The notes under the pieces: model-generated
What the model saw: the letters and a program-made list of their open reading frames with translations, nothing else
Databases searched by the model: none
What the model was told of the DNA's origin: nothing
Source: Chrysomallon squamiferum
Lineage: Eukaryota; Animalia; Mollusca
Length of the DNA stretch: 64,000 bases
Assembly: GCA_012295275.1 (NCBI GenBank)
Contig: CM022672.1
Location: 6,510,001 to 6,574,000 of the forward strand
Direction: 5' to 3'
Position numbers and translations under genes: made by a program
Shown: positions 27,801 through 43,633 of the stretch, piece after piece
Layout of the letters: every line of letters begins with the position of its first letter
Position numbering within the stretch: position 1 is the first letter of the stretch

Positions 27801-29432
27801 AAACTTCAGTTTAAAAGGATGTTGTGTCTGAATTTTTAAACAGTTTATTTTATTTTGCAGTCTCCAAAGACTGACAAAGCTAAGTTGATTTCACGGATGG
27901 CGAAGATGGGACAGCCAATGTTGCCAATGTCAGGAGCGATACCTGCACAGGTTGACGATGATGAGCTAACACATGATATGGTGAGTTTAGTTTTGTTTCA
28001 TTTCTGTTTTGTTTTGTTTTGTTTCATTTCTGTTTTGTTTTGTTTTACATAGCACTTTATTGCTTTAAATTGCATTGCATTATGTGGTTGTTTTTTTTCA
28101 AAATTTTTTATTCTGTATAATTTTATTTTTATTCTGTTTTATTCTGTTTTATATTTGTTATTTTAGTTTACTTTTATTTTCCTTTGTGTTATTTTATTTT
28201 ATTTTTATTTTATTTGTATGTGTATATATATATATATATATAGAATGTTTTTCTTTCTGTTGTTTGATTTTATTTAATAGTATTTTTAAAAATTTTTAAT
28301 TTTGTTTATTAACTGTCATTGTTAATCATCACATTTATAAAACTCTTCTTGCCTGATTCTCTGACTTTGAACAATGAAATATATTAATTTCCTTTAGCTG
28401 ACACCTGACTGCGCAAGCCTCAGTTGTTCAGGTTAAACCTCATTTGAATTGTTTACACAGTTTAGTGTTACTTAGTATGGAGGAGTAACATAAAAAAAAA
28501 AAAAAAAAAATTATAATTAAATAAATAATACAAAAATAAAATAAAAATAAAAACATTTTGAAAGTATCAGTATCTGTCACTGATATTAATCAGCAAAATT
28601 TGTATTACTGTATCCAATTTTGATCAGATAATACCCAGACATTATCTACTAATGTGTAGGTGTGTAACTTGTACCTATCTGTAGCTGATAAGTAAGCTTA
28701 TTGCTAATCTCCTGCACTGAAAGATCATGTGATGAAGCACAATTATGTCATGTGATAGGTTATCATACTATGAGCCATCACCTCCTCTTACAAGTATTGT
28801 ATATAATACTGGAGATTTTTAGATCATAATTAATATCTGTTGGTGACAAAATAGCTAAATTGCTTTCTATTTAAAAATAAATAAATTCATTGTAAGTAAA
28901 AAAAACAAACAAAAAAGGTATGTAAGAAAAAAATGCCACCCACTCCAGATAATTTGTTTTATCTTGCGTCATATAATACTTCCTGGTTATTATATATGAT
29001 GTATATATCCTTCAGTCATGTAAATAAATAATCAGACATTTTGTATTCTGTTTTAATCATTATTAAAGACAAATGTTTTATTTGAATAGTGTACTGTTGA
29101 TAATTAAAAAAAAAAAAATCATTGTCATAATTTTTTTTCTTCCTTCACACACAAAATGTTAATGTCTTGTTAATTAGTAAGGAATAATTTTTGATGTACA
29201 TTAACAAGGTCCATTAACAAGGTCCACAGTTTTTTTTCAATAACTGATTTACTTCAGCCAGTTAACCTGAATACTTTACATTAAACTGACAAAGCTTGAG
29301 CAGCCCTATAGTTCTTATCAGATATGGCTGATATTCAATCCATTTAAGTAATGAATAGGCTTGTGTCAAATATTGTTGATGTTTCATTTTTATTTCTCAA
29401 TTATGCTATGTATATATTTTTTATTTTACAAA

Positions 29433-29466
<34 letters not shown>

Positions 29467-32400
29467 TACACATATACATCACATGCTTTCAGTTTCTCTT
29501 TCTCTCTTGCTTTCTCACATTCTTTCTCTCTCTCTCTCTGTTTCTTAATACATGAAATATCATGATTTGGCCATTAAGAACAGGTACTAAAGTATTAAAA
29601 TGCTCAACTTTTCTAGGCCTCTTTGGAGTCTCCTCAACATTCCGAGCACCATGTTAAACCAGCTTTGGCGAGAAAACCTGAATTGAATCAGACATCACCA
29701 CAAGTCATTCAACATCCAGTGGTGCAACCAGTGGAGCAGCCAGTACAACAACCAATGGCACAGATGATGAACCAGGCACCCCCCCAGTATCAGACCATGC
29801 AAGGGCAGCCCGCATTCCTTCAGAGTACGTGGAGGTCTTACATATATAATTCTTTGTTCTTTCTTTCACTGCTTACATTTAAAAAAAAAAGTTTCATTAC
29901 TGTTATTTTAAATAATTAATCAATAGTGAAATAATAGTTAGTAACTGATTTTTATTTATATGCCAGATATGTGACCAGTATGACACTTAATAACTTAAAA
30001 CATAAAATATTTAAATATTTCAGACTTACCTGCTGCCCAGCAGCTTTCAGTTTATCAGCCAACCAATCTGCTACAACAACAGCAACAAGCTGCGATGTTG
30101 CAGCAACAAAACATGGCCGCTGTAAGTCTACTAATGTACATTTAGTGGAAAAGAATAATTGATAAAAGTGAAGTTGATGTGGTTGTTAGAACTGTAAGAA
30201 TAAAGAAATATAGCTGTTAGGTATTACCCAAACTTACCTACATAATGATTTCATATTTAACAAAACCACTGAATAATAATAATTAAACAAATTAACAATA
30301 ACCTTTATATTTTTGGCATTACCAAATTACAAAACAACAAAAACAATAATAAGAATAATGAAATGTTTAAAAAACTCGTGTTTGTAGTTACTATAAGCAT
30401 GTCTTTCTTTTAGATGTTTAACAGATGTTATTTTTAGACCTAAAAGTCAAATTTTGTTTACTTTGATTTTTTATATATGTTTTCATATTTCTTTGTTTTA
30501 TTTAATTTGTATATTTTAGGGACTTCAGCAGCCAAACTTCCAACAGCCTGCAATGGTACCAGGCCAGCAGTATGCAGGTATGTTTTCTTAAATTCATATT
30601 CTTAAAGCAAATTGTGTTTTTTTTAACATAGCTTTAAATAGTTAAAGAAAAAATAAATAAATAGTAATAATAATAATAAAGAAATGAAACCAAAAAGGTA
30701 AAAATGAAATATTTGGGTCAGTTAAGACAAGTCTGGACTAAATTAATATCTGAGATGATAACAGAATAAAAATTAAATGGTGTGCTCTTCAGCAGACTGT
30801 TTTCATTACTGTCACTTTTATCCAGTTACAGTTTAGTGATCTAATAATAATAATAATTATTATTATTTTATTTTATTTTTTTTATTTTTAATATTCTGTA
30901 TCTAGGAGTAGTTGTAATATTATTGCTAAGATAAAACAGAATGTTAATGAAAATGTGTTTTATCTTTCATAAATTTTAACATGTAATGATTAATAAGTTT
31001 ATTAACAGGATTCCAGATTAATTAATTCCAAATGAATTGATTTACCAATAATATGGAAAGCTGAAATATCCAAGTTCAGCACAGCACTTTTATTTCCAGT
31101 ATCCTCTACCCATCTTATTTCTAACTTTATATTGATATCCTAGCAGAAGATGATTGCACCATCTTACCCACAAAATGTGCTTAAAATAATAAACTCTAAA
31201 ACACACATTGCATAATCTACCACAAAGTCTGCTCTTAAAAAAAAAAAAAATATATAATAAAATATCCTGTTGAATAAATTTAAATCCTTACAGTGTCAAA
31301 AATCTCTAACATCCTCCTACAAGTAATACAACAATTCTTTCATGTCCTAATGAACTATTTCCTTTGAAACTCATATGTGGAATCCATAACATTTGTCATT
31401 TGTTAGATAAAATATTATGTTTACATACACACAAGGTTAATGTCACTCCAGTCCTCTTTATTCTGTGGCACTCACCAGCCTCCTGATTTGGGTTAGAACA
31501 AAAGTTTGTAGCATTCATCACCCAGAAAGATGCCAAGTTCTGGGAGGATGGAATCATAAAGCAGCCTCAAAGATAGTGAAAGGTAGTGGAAACAAAATGG
31601 CAGACGTATGACTGAAATAAATCTATGTACAATATTGTCTTTGAATTTCACTCCAAAAAATGCTATAAACTTTTAAATTCCAACTCAGTATTTAATATCC
31701 TTACACACCTGTAAACTCACCTTTCCTCTGCACCTTCTGTTCTTACCTTTCTTTACCTAGGCGTGTCGTTTCTAGGTGGAGTACCTCCTGCCACGGCAAC
31801 CAGTCAGCCTAGCACAGTGGACACCCTCGTGCCAGTCCTCCTGTCAGAGACGAGACAACAGAACACTGAAGTGAGACTGTCGGTCAGCAAGATGTCCGAC
31901 AAGGTGGACAGAATTTTAGAAAAGGTTGGTTTAAAGTCTGTTTGTCTGTGGATGATGGTTTAACAAAATTCTTTATAACTGTTTTCTTGGCCAGAAGGCT
32001 AACTTAAGGAATGATAATCATGCTTGTCTAGCCGTCAAAAACAGCCACAATACTTTTCAAAAAATTATTTTTAACAAAATTATAATTTTGCAGTATGTTT
32101 TATCCTATTAAAGCTCTGTTAACATTTCTCTCACCTATTAACTGACCATATTGAAGCTGCTCTGCCATGGAAAGGAGTAGATATCAACCAGATATTTTCT
32201 GTAAAGGGACATTAGAAAAAGGTTTGAAATCCTCTGCACTAGGTAATTGGTCAGGCCACATAAAATCAGACAATGTTATATATATATATGTTTCTTTAAA
32301 TACAGTCAGATTGTAACATATATGATGCAGTTATTGAAGTTGCCACAGCCATTTAACATATTCCACAGATACCAGAATAGTTAGGAAAAAAAAGAATAAC

Positions 32401-33811
32401 TGAATGAAATGGCTGTCTTCTGCACTATTTTACAAAAATAATTTTATAGATAATTTTAAATTTTTTTGTTTTGTTTTGTTTTGTTTTTGAATTTTCATTT
32501 TTAAAATTTTATTATTATGATTACTTTTTAGTTTTTAATATTTGTTTATGGCAGTTGTTAGAAAGACATCTGTTTTCTGTTTCTGACAACAGGTTGACCA
32601 TCTGGCTGTTCATGGACCTGGGTCAGCTCTGGCACAGACAAGCCTGGCTCCCACCATGGAGACTGGAGTACTGCTTCAAAACATTACTAGAATAGTGCAG
32701 GTCAGTTCAGTTTGTTTTTACTGTTCACATAATAATACCTATACTACTACTACTACTACTACTACTGCTGCTGCTACTACTACCTCTGCTGTTATACTAC
32801 TACTATTACTACTGCTGCTACTACTACTACTACTACTACTACTACTATTATTATTATTATTATTCTATTCTTCTATTCCTATTCCTATTCCTATTTTTAT
32901 TCTTTTTCTTTTCATTATTAATATTACTGCATTTTGTAATAGCCACTTTCATTTAAAATTAATAACACAGAAATTTAAATAAAAAAAAGAAAATAGAAAA
33001 GTATTAAAGCCCACAAATACTTAAAACTTAGTTATTTTGTAAATTAAAAAAAAAATATATATAATTAATTTCAGGAAAATGAAACACTGAAGAAAGATGT
33101 TTTTGAAAAGAGTGGGAAGATAGAAGCTCAGAATGATAAAATTGCAGAATTATTACAGAAAAATCAGAGGTTAGCGCTTTTGTTTTCTGTCTGTCTGTCT
33201 GTCTGTTACGTGAACTTACTTAAAATTATTGTCCAGTCTTTTAAAAAGTTTATTTGCAAGATACTTGATTAATACGATTCACTCTGTTAAGGATTTATAT
33301 ATTATTGACACTATTCATGTTTAATGTGATTTATTATTTATTTTTATTCTAAAAATTTTAATATTTTAATGATGATTTTATTATTTATTTTTATTCTAAT
33401 ATTTTAAAATTTATTTACAAGATACACTTTCAATATGATTTTTTTTTTTTTTTAATTTTAAATTTTATTTACAAGATTCACATTGAATATGATTCATATT
33501 TTATTATTTATATTTTACAAGATTTTATATTATATTGATAAGATGCAGGTTTAATTTGATTCAATATAGTTACGAGATTTTAAATTTTGACTACACTTAC
33601 ACATAATTATATATTTTATTTGTGAAAACAAGACTGTTGTTTTCTCTATGTCAGGTTTGCAGAACAAAGTAACACTCTACTGGAAGAGAGAAATGTGGGC
33701 TACAAGTTGTCAGCTGACCAATCCCAAGCCAAAGTTCTGGCCCTTGAGCAGGAGAAGGTTGGTAAAGTTTAAACAAAACAATATGACTTGACCTTACTGT
33801 TAGACCCAAGA

Positions 33812-33842
<31 letters not shown>

Positions 33843-35418
33843 GTATGCCTGCATGAAATTTTTATTTTTTATTATTTTTTTTTTTCAGCTTGATCTAAAT
33901 TATTATTGACATTTCAGTAATGTCATGATTTTCTAGTTCAGAAATAAACGGTTATTATGACATTATTTTCATTAGAACTAACATCTTAATTAAATCTTTA
34001 CTCTTTGTATCATAATATTAGTACCTTTGAAAACAATTTATTAATGAATTGTGAAACTTTAGGCAATCATATCACCATTATTTTCTTTTTCTTTTTGTAT
34101 CTCAACAAAAGACAACTCTACATATTTCAGGTCAAACTAACCACAGAGCTCGGTTCTGTATCTTCTGACCTGAGTAACCTGCAGCTGGAGATAGCAAACA
34201 TCCGAAAGAGTGAGGCAGAAACCAAGCAGAAACTTAAAACAGCTGAGGATCTCATACTCAAGAAGGAGGAAGAATACAACAGAATAAAGTTACAAGCTTT
34301 AGGTAAGATTCATCAGTAATTTGTCAGCAATGTTGGTAAGGCACTTGTTAAGCTAACAATGGTTTTAAGACTGTTAGATGATTTAGTGATAAAAAATTTG
34401 TAACAAGCACATTCCAGTGGTAATCAGGATGAAGAAGTTATTCATATAAATTAATATTAGTAAGACCATTCAGTTTGTGGAATCTTAGTAGTCTGTTATT
34501 CATTTATTTATTTTGTGTTAGATTATTCTGAATTTTGGGCCTTTATTTAACTGATTGGTGGTGTTTTTCAAGAATGAAATAAAATGACATGGAAAACAGT
34601 GGCAAAAGTTTTTGATAGAACTGCCAAAATTGTCTGCTTTACTTATGAAGTAATACACTTCAGCTTTATAGATATGACAGTATTTTTTTAAATTACCTAA
34701 CCTAATTTGCATTTTTATCCATTAATTTAAACATTTTTCATGTCAAATTTATTTTCAGATGACGAGAAGAAGATGTCTGAACTGGTGAGCAGTCTGCGAG
34801 CAGAAAAACAGCAGCGCAAGTCACTGGAGAGTCAGCTGAATCAAACACAGGAAGAACTTGGAGATATGAAGACTTCACAGCAAAGTCTTGAAAGGGTTTG
34901 TGTTATTTTTTACGTAAAATTGGTTTACATCGTTCATGTTTTACGGTAGTTACACTTGAAATACATAACTCTGGGAGGCAGACAGTGCAATAAATTTTGC
35001 AATAGATTTGCCCCCTGTATTCTTCAGAGAGTGTGACTGGTGCAGGCATGCTTCACAACAGTTTGCTCTGATTAGAACATTAATTTTTTCACTCACTTTT
35101 TCATTCAATGTAATAATAATGTAAGATTTGTTATTTCAGTACATTTATTTTTACTGATGGATAATTTGTAATACTTGTTGCTTAACATGACTGACAGTGT
35201 TTATTAATGTTTGATTTTGGGGAATAGAACTGGTTTATGTTATTTATTTGTTGGTACGGAATAATTTGTAACAACATTTCTGAAAAAAAGGTTGAAATGT
35301 TTATTATTCTGAGTAAATTCAGTGTTTATGTTAAAAAGTGTATTTGTTAGTAATTGTTAGTTTATTTATTTATTATTTCTTCTAGTAAATACTTGTTTAT
35401 AAATTATAAAGTTGTTTT

Positions 35419-35450
<32 letters not shown>

Positions 35451-38400
35451 GTACAAATTAATCATTTTTAGAAGCTCTCACTTGAGAACCTCTCAATATG
35501 AAAATGTATGAATAATAGTTAATATGTATATTTATGAATATTTATTAATCGTTTATAGCATTGTTTTATTTAGAGGATGAGTTATTTTATTATTCAGTAA
35601 AATAAACAGGTAACTGAACACTGATGTTTTTAATGTGTGACAGTTTAATCCTGCTTTCAGAACTTGAGTGAAAGAAAGAGAAAAGCAAATGAAGAAAGGA
35701 GAAAACTAGAAGAAGATATGGAAGACCTGAAGATGAATTTAGAAGTAATTAATATAATAAATTTGATGTTTACAATAAAAATATTCTTATATAATTTACA
35801 CAACTCACTGTGTTTCCTCAAGGCCAGCTTTTATAAGCAAAGGAAATTCAAATTTTATATTCCATTTTAAATTTTAATTATATTATTATTATTATAAATT
35901 TAATACAAGTCTGGTCATCTTGAAAAAAGTCTATTTCATTTGTAACAGCAGCCTCATTTATAATGGCATGCCTTTCAGTAATTTTAATAAACTTTTAAAA
36001 TCTTTGTGACTCTATTATGTATTATATAAAAAATAACAGTATTTCAGAGAATACAGAGATTTAAATGTTACATCATTTCAGAGTGAAATCCAGTCACTCA
36101 GAGATCGGCTTCGAAAACAGAAAACATCTGTTGATGTTTCTATGGCAGACAGAGTGAGAGAATATTTATTTTATTGACATTTACCAGATATTATTTTATT
36201 TATCACTTTAACTTTTTAAATTTATTTAATTATATGGATTAATTGTTTTTATTATTTTTTATTAAATATGCATTAGTCTCCACACTGTTAATAAATTTGA
36301 TGTAATTATAGAGTAATTAAGGATTTGATAAAGGAATAAATGTATAAATTTCACAGAGAGTTGCTAAGTGATACAGTTCTGTGCTAATGCAGAACAGTTC
36401 ACAGGGTGAATATGCCATTATGTGTCAGTTGGACAGCTTCAAAAAGGTTATGGTATATGCTGTCACGTTTATGGGAAGGTACATGTAAAATATCCCTTGT
36501 TGCTAGTTGATAAAAATATCCCAGAGTGTGGCTGTAGCAGGTTTCCTCTCTTTTCCTGTAATAATTGATACATGTTATTGAGAAATAAAATATTAATTTT
36601 AAAATATTTTGGAGTGTTATTTTTACATGTATTTTGCTTTGTTCAAAGCAGAGTCTTAAAGAATTTTTTTGTTTATTTTTTTTTATTTCTTTTTTCACTT
36701 ATAAATAACTGTAAAAATCTGCTTGTTGTGATCTCTCAGATATCAAAGTTAGAGGAGGACATTGGTCAGGAATGGCAGGAAAAGTGTGACAAGCTGCTGA
36801 AGTCTGCTGAAGAGAAACACAACAGAATTGTCAGAGACCTGGAAGAGGAGAAGGAAACACTGCAGCAGAAAACAAAAGAACTGGAATCCAAGGTGAATTT
36901 TGCAAAAATTCATTTTTACTTCTTCTACCTGCCTTTAGTAATTGTGGATTCTTTTTTCATTATAAACCTTGTAATATCTAAATTTTTGATCATATATCTT
37001 CTAGCATATGATCTGTTATTCTGTGAATGCAAATGAAGGGCTGAAAACCAGAGTGATGATCTGAAAGAAATATACAATGAGATTAGATTAGGGATAGATG
37101 TAGAAACGATTCAACAGGCCCCAAAGAGTCTAATACATCTAAATACCATTTAAAGACATTTCTGTTTCATATACTTCAACAACTAGTTCCAGATCCTTCA
37201 CATACTATTTTTGTTAAGAAAAGAAAATGTGAAGGAATCACGTGATGAATTTATTGTTACAATTTGTTCCAACTTGAACGTGATGTGTTGTGTTAAACTG
37301 ATGTCAGTAATGATTTAGACGATGTTTCAGTCTTACACTGTAGATGATGATTCAATTGTTCTGTGTAGAAATGTCATGTCTGTGATGTATTTTTCAGATT
37401 CAAGTCATGCGTTCGTCGACAGGAACCAGTGAACAGTTGATTTCCCAGCTGCAGGACAAAGTGGAGGACCTCTCTGTGTGGAAAGATAAGGTAAGCAGTT
37501 CATCTATTTTACTCTCAGTAACTGAATCTACTTCAGTAATTATTATTTTTAAATATGTTACTGCATATTTCAGAATTATCAATAATGAGAGAATTATTAA
37601 TTCATGATTTAAAATTATTTTCTTTGTTGTGGTGCCATATTGGAATGACATTTCTGATATGGAGCAGCACACATAATTTTAAAATATTTTGCAACTTAAA
37701 AATGTTTTAATGTACTTAAATATACTGTAATGTATAATAATGATGTAATTCTTCACTGAATGTATTCCAAACTAATTTAAATGAATATCTCTTCAACAGT
37801 TACTGCTGCTAGTACTACTGCTAATACTAATTTATTTATGTTTCCTAATTTTATACTCTCTCATGTTTTTACATGTAGAAATAAAGGCAGTAACTCAGAA
37901 AACAAGACTTAACAAATTAATAATTAAATAAAACACAGCAAACGATATCAGTCGTAATTTTCTTTATTACTAATACATTTTTCAAATGTTCTGTCAGTAT
38001 GATAACTTGAGAAGTCAGGCCACGTCTATGAAAGAAAGATATGAAGAGAGAATCAGTGATCTTGAAGAGGAGCGTGACTCCATCTTGGACAAGGGGAGAC
38101 AACTTCAGATTCAGAATCAACATTTGCAGCAGTCATTATCTCAGGCACAGACCCACACTGTTCCTAGTAGTACTTCTGATACTTCAGCAAATGTTGCCAC
38201 AGAAGTAAGTGATTAAACCATATATGTCCATGTTATTTTAGACAAGATTTATATTGTTTTAAGTATATTCATTTTTATTTATTAGATTGGTTTTTAATTT
38301 TTGTTTAGACTTTGTAAAACAAAGTGTTTAAGTTTTTATTTACTGTATATAATTTTCAACTGTAGTTAACCAATATAAAAATATATTCTGGAAACTTAAT

Positions 38401-38723
38401 TAATTGTATTTATTACTTTTCACTACTTTTTGATGATTTGTTGTTCTTGTTATTTTTTCTTTTATACTTCCTATATACTATTTTATTTTATTTTTTTATT
38501 TTTCATTTTTTTTATATTGTTAAGTCAAATTTGTTAACCTTAATCACATACCGGTCACTTTTACATTAATTTTATAGGTGAAAAAAATAATGAACAATGT
38601 ATACCGTAGTCTTCGAGAAGAATTTGATTCAGAAGAATCCTACATGGGGTCAGAAATATTGGCCATCATTTTAAATGCTATCAAGGTACATTTTGAATTA
38701 TTTGAGTAAATAAATCTTAGTAT

Positions 38724-38755
<32 letters not shown>

Positions 38756-39748
38756 TTATTTATTTATTTTGTTTTGTTTTGTTGACCTTTGATATTTGCA
38801 CCTGTATTAAAAATGGAATTTACTTTATATGTTAGCTTCAGTTTAATTTCAAATAATTCTTACTTTTGTAGTTAATGAATTAAAATTGATTTATTAAATT
38901 AATTTTATATATATATATTTATGTATATACATATACAGTTTATTTATTTTTAATTTTTGTTTTTTAAAAAGCAATTTTTCAGTGTTGGCTTCAATATTAT
39001 ATTTCATTGTCATTTTGAACTGACAGTTTATATTATTATTATTATTGTTATAGTTATTGTTTCAATATTATTATTACTTTTATTATTTTTATTATATTCT
39101 TTTTCTTCTTCTTCTTCTTCTTCTTCTTATTATTATTATAATTATTTCAGACAACAACATTGTCTCTAATGAATGCAACAGCTACTGAAACAACACCTAA
39201 AGAGGAAGAAGAAGAAGATGAAGAAAATGAAGAAGAGGATGATGAGGAGGAGGAGGTTGAACATGAAGAAGAAGATAAAACAGAAGCGAGTAAAGAACAG
39301 ACGTCTGAAGTGAAGAAAACAGAAGATAAAGGTTATATCATTATACATGCATACATACATACATACATACATAACAAAAAAATAAATAATAAAAAAATAA
39401 AATAAAATAGTATATAGGAAATATAAAAGAAAAAATAACAAGAACAACAAATCATTAAAAAGTAGTGTAAAGTAATAAAAACAATTAATTAAGATACATA
39501 CATACATACATACATAAATACATGCATACATATATTCATACGTACATACATACATACACACATACATGCATACATACATGCATACATAAATACATACATA
39601 CATGTATATATATATACACAACACACATGAACAGTTCAACTGAAAAATGAAAAAATATATAGTGGAAAAGGGCTTTCATCCTTTTCAGTTATCTTGAAAG
39701 TGATAAATGGTCAGTAAGCGCTTTTGCAAATAAACTCTTAATATGTGT

Positions 39749-39808
<60 letters not shown>

Positions 39809-42198
39809 GTATATATTTTCTTTTCATTATATTTGCATAATGTAAATTGTTTATATATAAATTAAATATTTTTCCTTTTCTCTATTTCACCCTCCTTTTG
39901 AACAATTATTTTTATTAAATTTATCTGTGACATTATGAGTATATAAGTTAGGAGAGAAAAGCATGTTGCCATTAAATTATTATAATAATATAAATAAATA
40001 AATAAATACATAAATAAATAATAGTAAAAGATTTATTACTTGAAACTTTAAAAAAATAATAATAAATTAACTTTTTATCTGCATTCTTAGTTAATATTAA
40101 TTACTATAAATAAAAATGTTAAGTTTATTAATTTTTATAATTTTTTTTTTTATCTCTGTTGTATTTGATTTCAGTGAACTCTGAGACTGTTGTGAAACCT
40201 GAAGTTGTCATAACAATGTCAACACCAGAAGTGTCCGAAGTTTCTGAAGTTGTGAAGTCCACAGTCCACCATGCTGCAGAAGCTTCCCCAAGTAATATTA
40301 CTGGTAAGAATGATATTAATTTTTCTGTTGTGAGTGACTTTAAATCTTTTCTTTGAATCGTGTTTATATTGCAAAGTATTGTTAAAGTTAACAGTTATTA
40401 CTGTTTGGTTGTGTTTACAAAACTGTTGAATTCAGCTGGTCACAGTGAAGCTAATACACGTAATGACATTCATTTTCAGTTCAAAATCTGTTTGTTCACT
40501 TGTTCCTCTTGTTTTTTCAAAGATTTTCTCACTGAGTGATGTGTCTGACAAAAATGAAGCTAATTTTGTTTTATGTACAAAATTTAACTTCAGTTAGATT
40601 ATTTTTTTCTTTCACCATTCTACAAAGTTTTTTTTTTGTGTAAAAAATAAATAAATAAATTAGTTTTGAAAATATATATATATATATATTGTTTTTATGT
40701 ACAATTTCATTCACAGTGATAAATATCTTCTTTTTTCTTTTCTTTTTTTCTAAAAATGAAACCATAATCAATATGATATATTTAATTTTAAAATATCTTA
40801 TGTACATTTTTCCCAAAATAATGTTTCTGGCAAAAAAATTAAACTAATTTTACTTGCTTCATCTCTGGATTATTTCACTTAGTTACATCGCTATTAAGTA
40901 TTGCATGTTCAGAAACAGTTTTCTCCGCTATTTTTCAAATGTCCTTTGTTGTAAAAAACGATACTGTTTTAGTGTGACAACATTCTGATACTCATTGATC
41001 TGTTATTTTGTATGTTTAGCTACATCTGTTTGTTTTAATCATTCTTTACCTGTATGTACATAGCACTGCACCACATTGCAGTCTGCCAAGTTTTTTGTTA
41101 GTATTTATGCGTGATGCGTGTTTTTATTTTTTATTTTTCTGAGTTTATTTATTTATTTAATTAATTAATTAATTAATTTAGTTATTTATTTATTTATTTA
41201 TTTAAATTATTATTTGACATAGTATGTATTTCTCTATTTTTATGATGTCTAATTTTTCAAAAGAACAACTACTAAGTTCATTTGTGTGTACAGCTAGTAA
41301 CCGTGGAAATGAGCAAACATTAGATCAGATTGAACCTGTAATAGAAAGTTCTGTGTCACCATCTGTTGGCGACCGTGGAAACAGGTACTATAGCAACACT
41401 CTAAATAAACTAGAAGGTTCTTCCATAACTGAATATCAGACATCAGTCACTGAAACCGGGAAAGATGAGAAACCAACTGATGACCTTGAGAAAGCCATAG
41501 AGCCTGTTATCGACTGTTCCTGGACTTTTGAAACAGGTGATCATGGAAACAGGAGCTACACCAGCAAGTTAGATAACTCTGCTGCGAGTTTGGCTGGTGA
41601 AACTGTTGGAAAATCGTCGACTTTTGAAATCGTAGGCAGTCCACAGAATATTCAGTGTGGAGAAAGACTGGACGAAACTAATAATCAAACAGAAGAAAAG
41701 ATTCAGTGTTCGTCATCATTTGTAACAGGTGACCAGGGAAATACCTCATACAGCAAAACACTCGACAAGCTGGTAGACAGACCTGCTGTGGTAGAAGAGA
41801 TTTTTGAAAGTTCAAATCTGCAAGGTTTGGGTGATTTGGGGAATCCAAGTCACAGAGAAAAACTCAACAAACTGAAATCTGAAACAGAAGTTCCTTTCCA
41901 AACGATAGGTTAGAAATATTAATTATCTGGCTATATATATATATATATCTGTCATGTATATATATCAATATATATATATTACTAGATACTTGTTAATAAT
42001 CATTAGATTTTCTGCTTTGTTGTAACCTAACCATCAATATATTTTTTTTATAGTATTATATTGTTATGATTTTTTTGATGTAATGACTGTGATATTGAAC
42101 ATTCAAGTGTAATTTTTATTAATACATTTATTATATATTTTTTTTATATTATTGCATTGTTACTATTAATGTATTGTTCTTGTTATTATTATTATTAC

Positions 42199-42287
<89 letters not shown>

Positions 42288-42635
42288 TTTTATATTATTT
42301 TATTTTATTTTGCTTTTTATTTGTTTTTGCCTGATGCTTTTTAATAAATTTCTCTATTTTGTTTGTTTTTGTAAAAAATAATTTTTTTTTTTTTTTTAAT
42401 TATAACTTATGTATAATATTTATGTACATAAACAAAAATTCTTAATGTAACAAGCTTCAAAAATTTGCTTTTTAATATTTTGTATTAGTTTTCTATTAAT
42501 TAGTCAACTTTATGAATTATTTGTTGTTGATATAATATTCTATAGTTGCTTAATGCTTTCTTTCATTCATTCTTTGCTTAAATATCTTTACTGCTAACCA
42601 TAATCCTTTATAGTTACTTCATTGAATTCTCACAC

Positions 42636-42686
<51 letters not shown>

Positions 42687-43592
42687 CTAAAAACTCATGC
42701 ATGCACACATCCACATATAAATACAGTATTTAAGACACATATGATGTTATTCTACTTTTCTTCCATGCCAAAATAAGAACTGTTAAACATTACCATTATC
42801 ATATACATGTCTTGATGTGAATATATCTTTTTCATAGTTGTGATTAAAATAAAGATTATAACTAATTAAAATAAACTGTTGATGTTAGATCTTTATTTTT
42901 TGGTTTCTTTCTTTCTATGTAACTGTATATATATGTTTTCATTCAACATGTTCATTAATAGCTATACACAGTTCATGTACAGAAAATATTCAGATTTTCA
43001 TTACAGTTCTGTGATGAATGGAAATATAAACTATGGTTTATTATGATATTGTGAATTAACAAACTCTATGTTTATATTTTGTTGTTTGTTTTTTCAACAT
43101 AATCTCTTTAAACCATTTTTTAAATCTTTTTTTCATTATTATTATTATTTTTATTATTATTATTATTTTAACTGCAGTTAGTATAAAATAGCCTAAGAGA
43201 ATTTTGTCTTCTTATTGTTAACTTTTAATATTTTTCTTTTTTTTGCTGGCATATAATGGTGCAGAGAAATGTATATTTATCTATTTATTTACCATATAAT
43301 AATAATAATAATTATTATTATTATTGTTGTTGTTATTGTTATTATTATTGTTATTATTGTACTGTTTCTACTATTGCATTCTTCTACTGCTGCTTATTAT
43401 TATTATAATTAATATTGTTGTTAGTATTTTTTAATTATCATTATTAATGTTATCATCATCATCATCATCATTATTACTGTGGTTATTATTATATATTACT
43501 GTATTATTATTTTTGTGATTGTTGTTATTGCATTGTTGTTGATGTTGTTGTTATTATTATTATTGTTATTATTATTATTATTGTGGTTTATG

Positions 43593-43633
<41 letters not shown>

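Noticed and set aside
28398-28431. Possible FKBP15 exon (cctttag|...cag|gttaaa)
   Set aside because: 34 nt would break the phase-0 frame, the donor is weak, and the flanking exons already join cleanly
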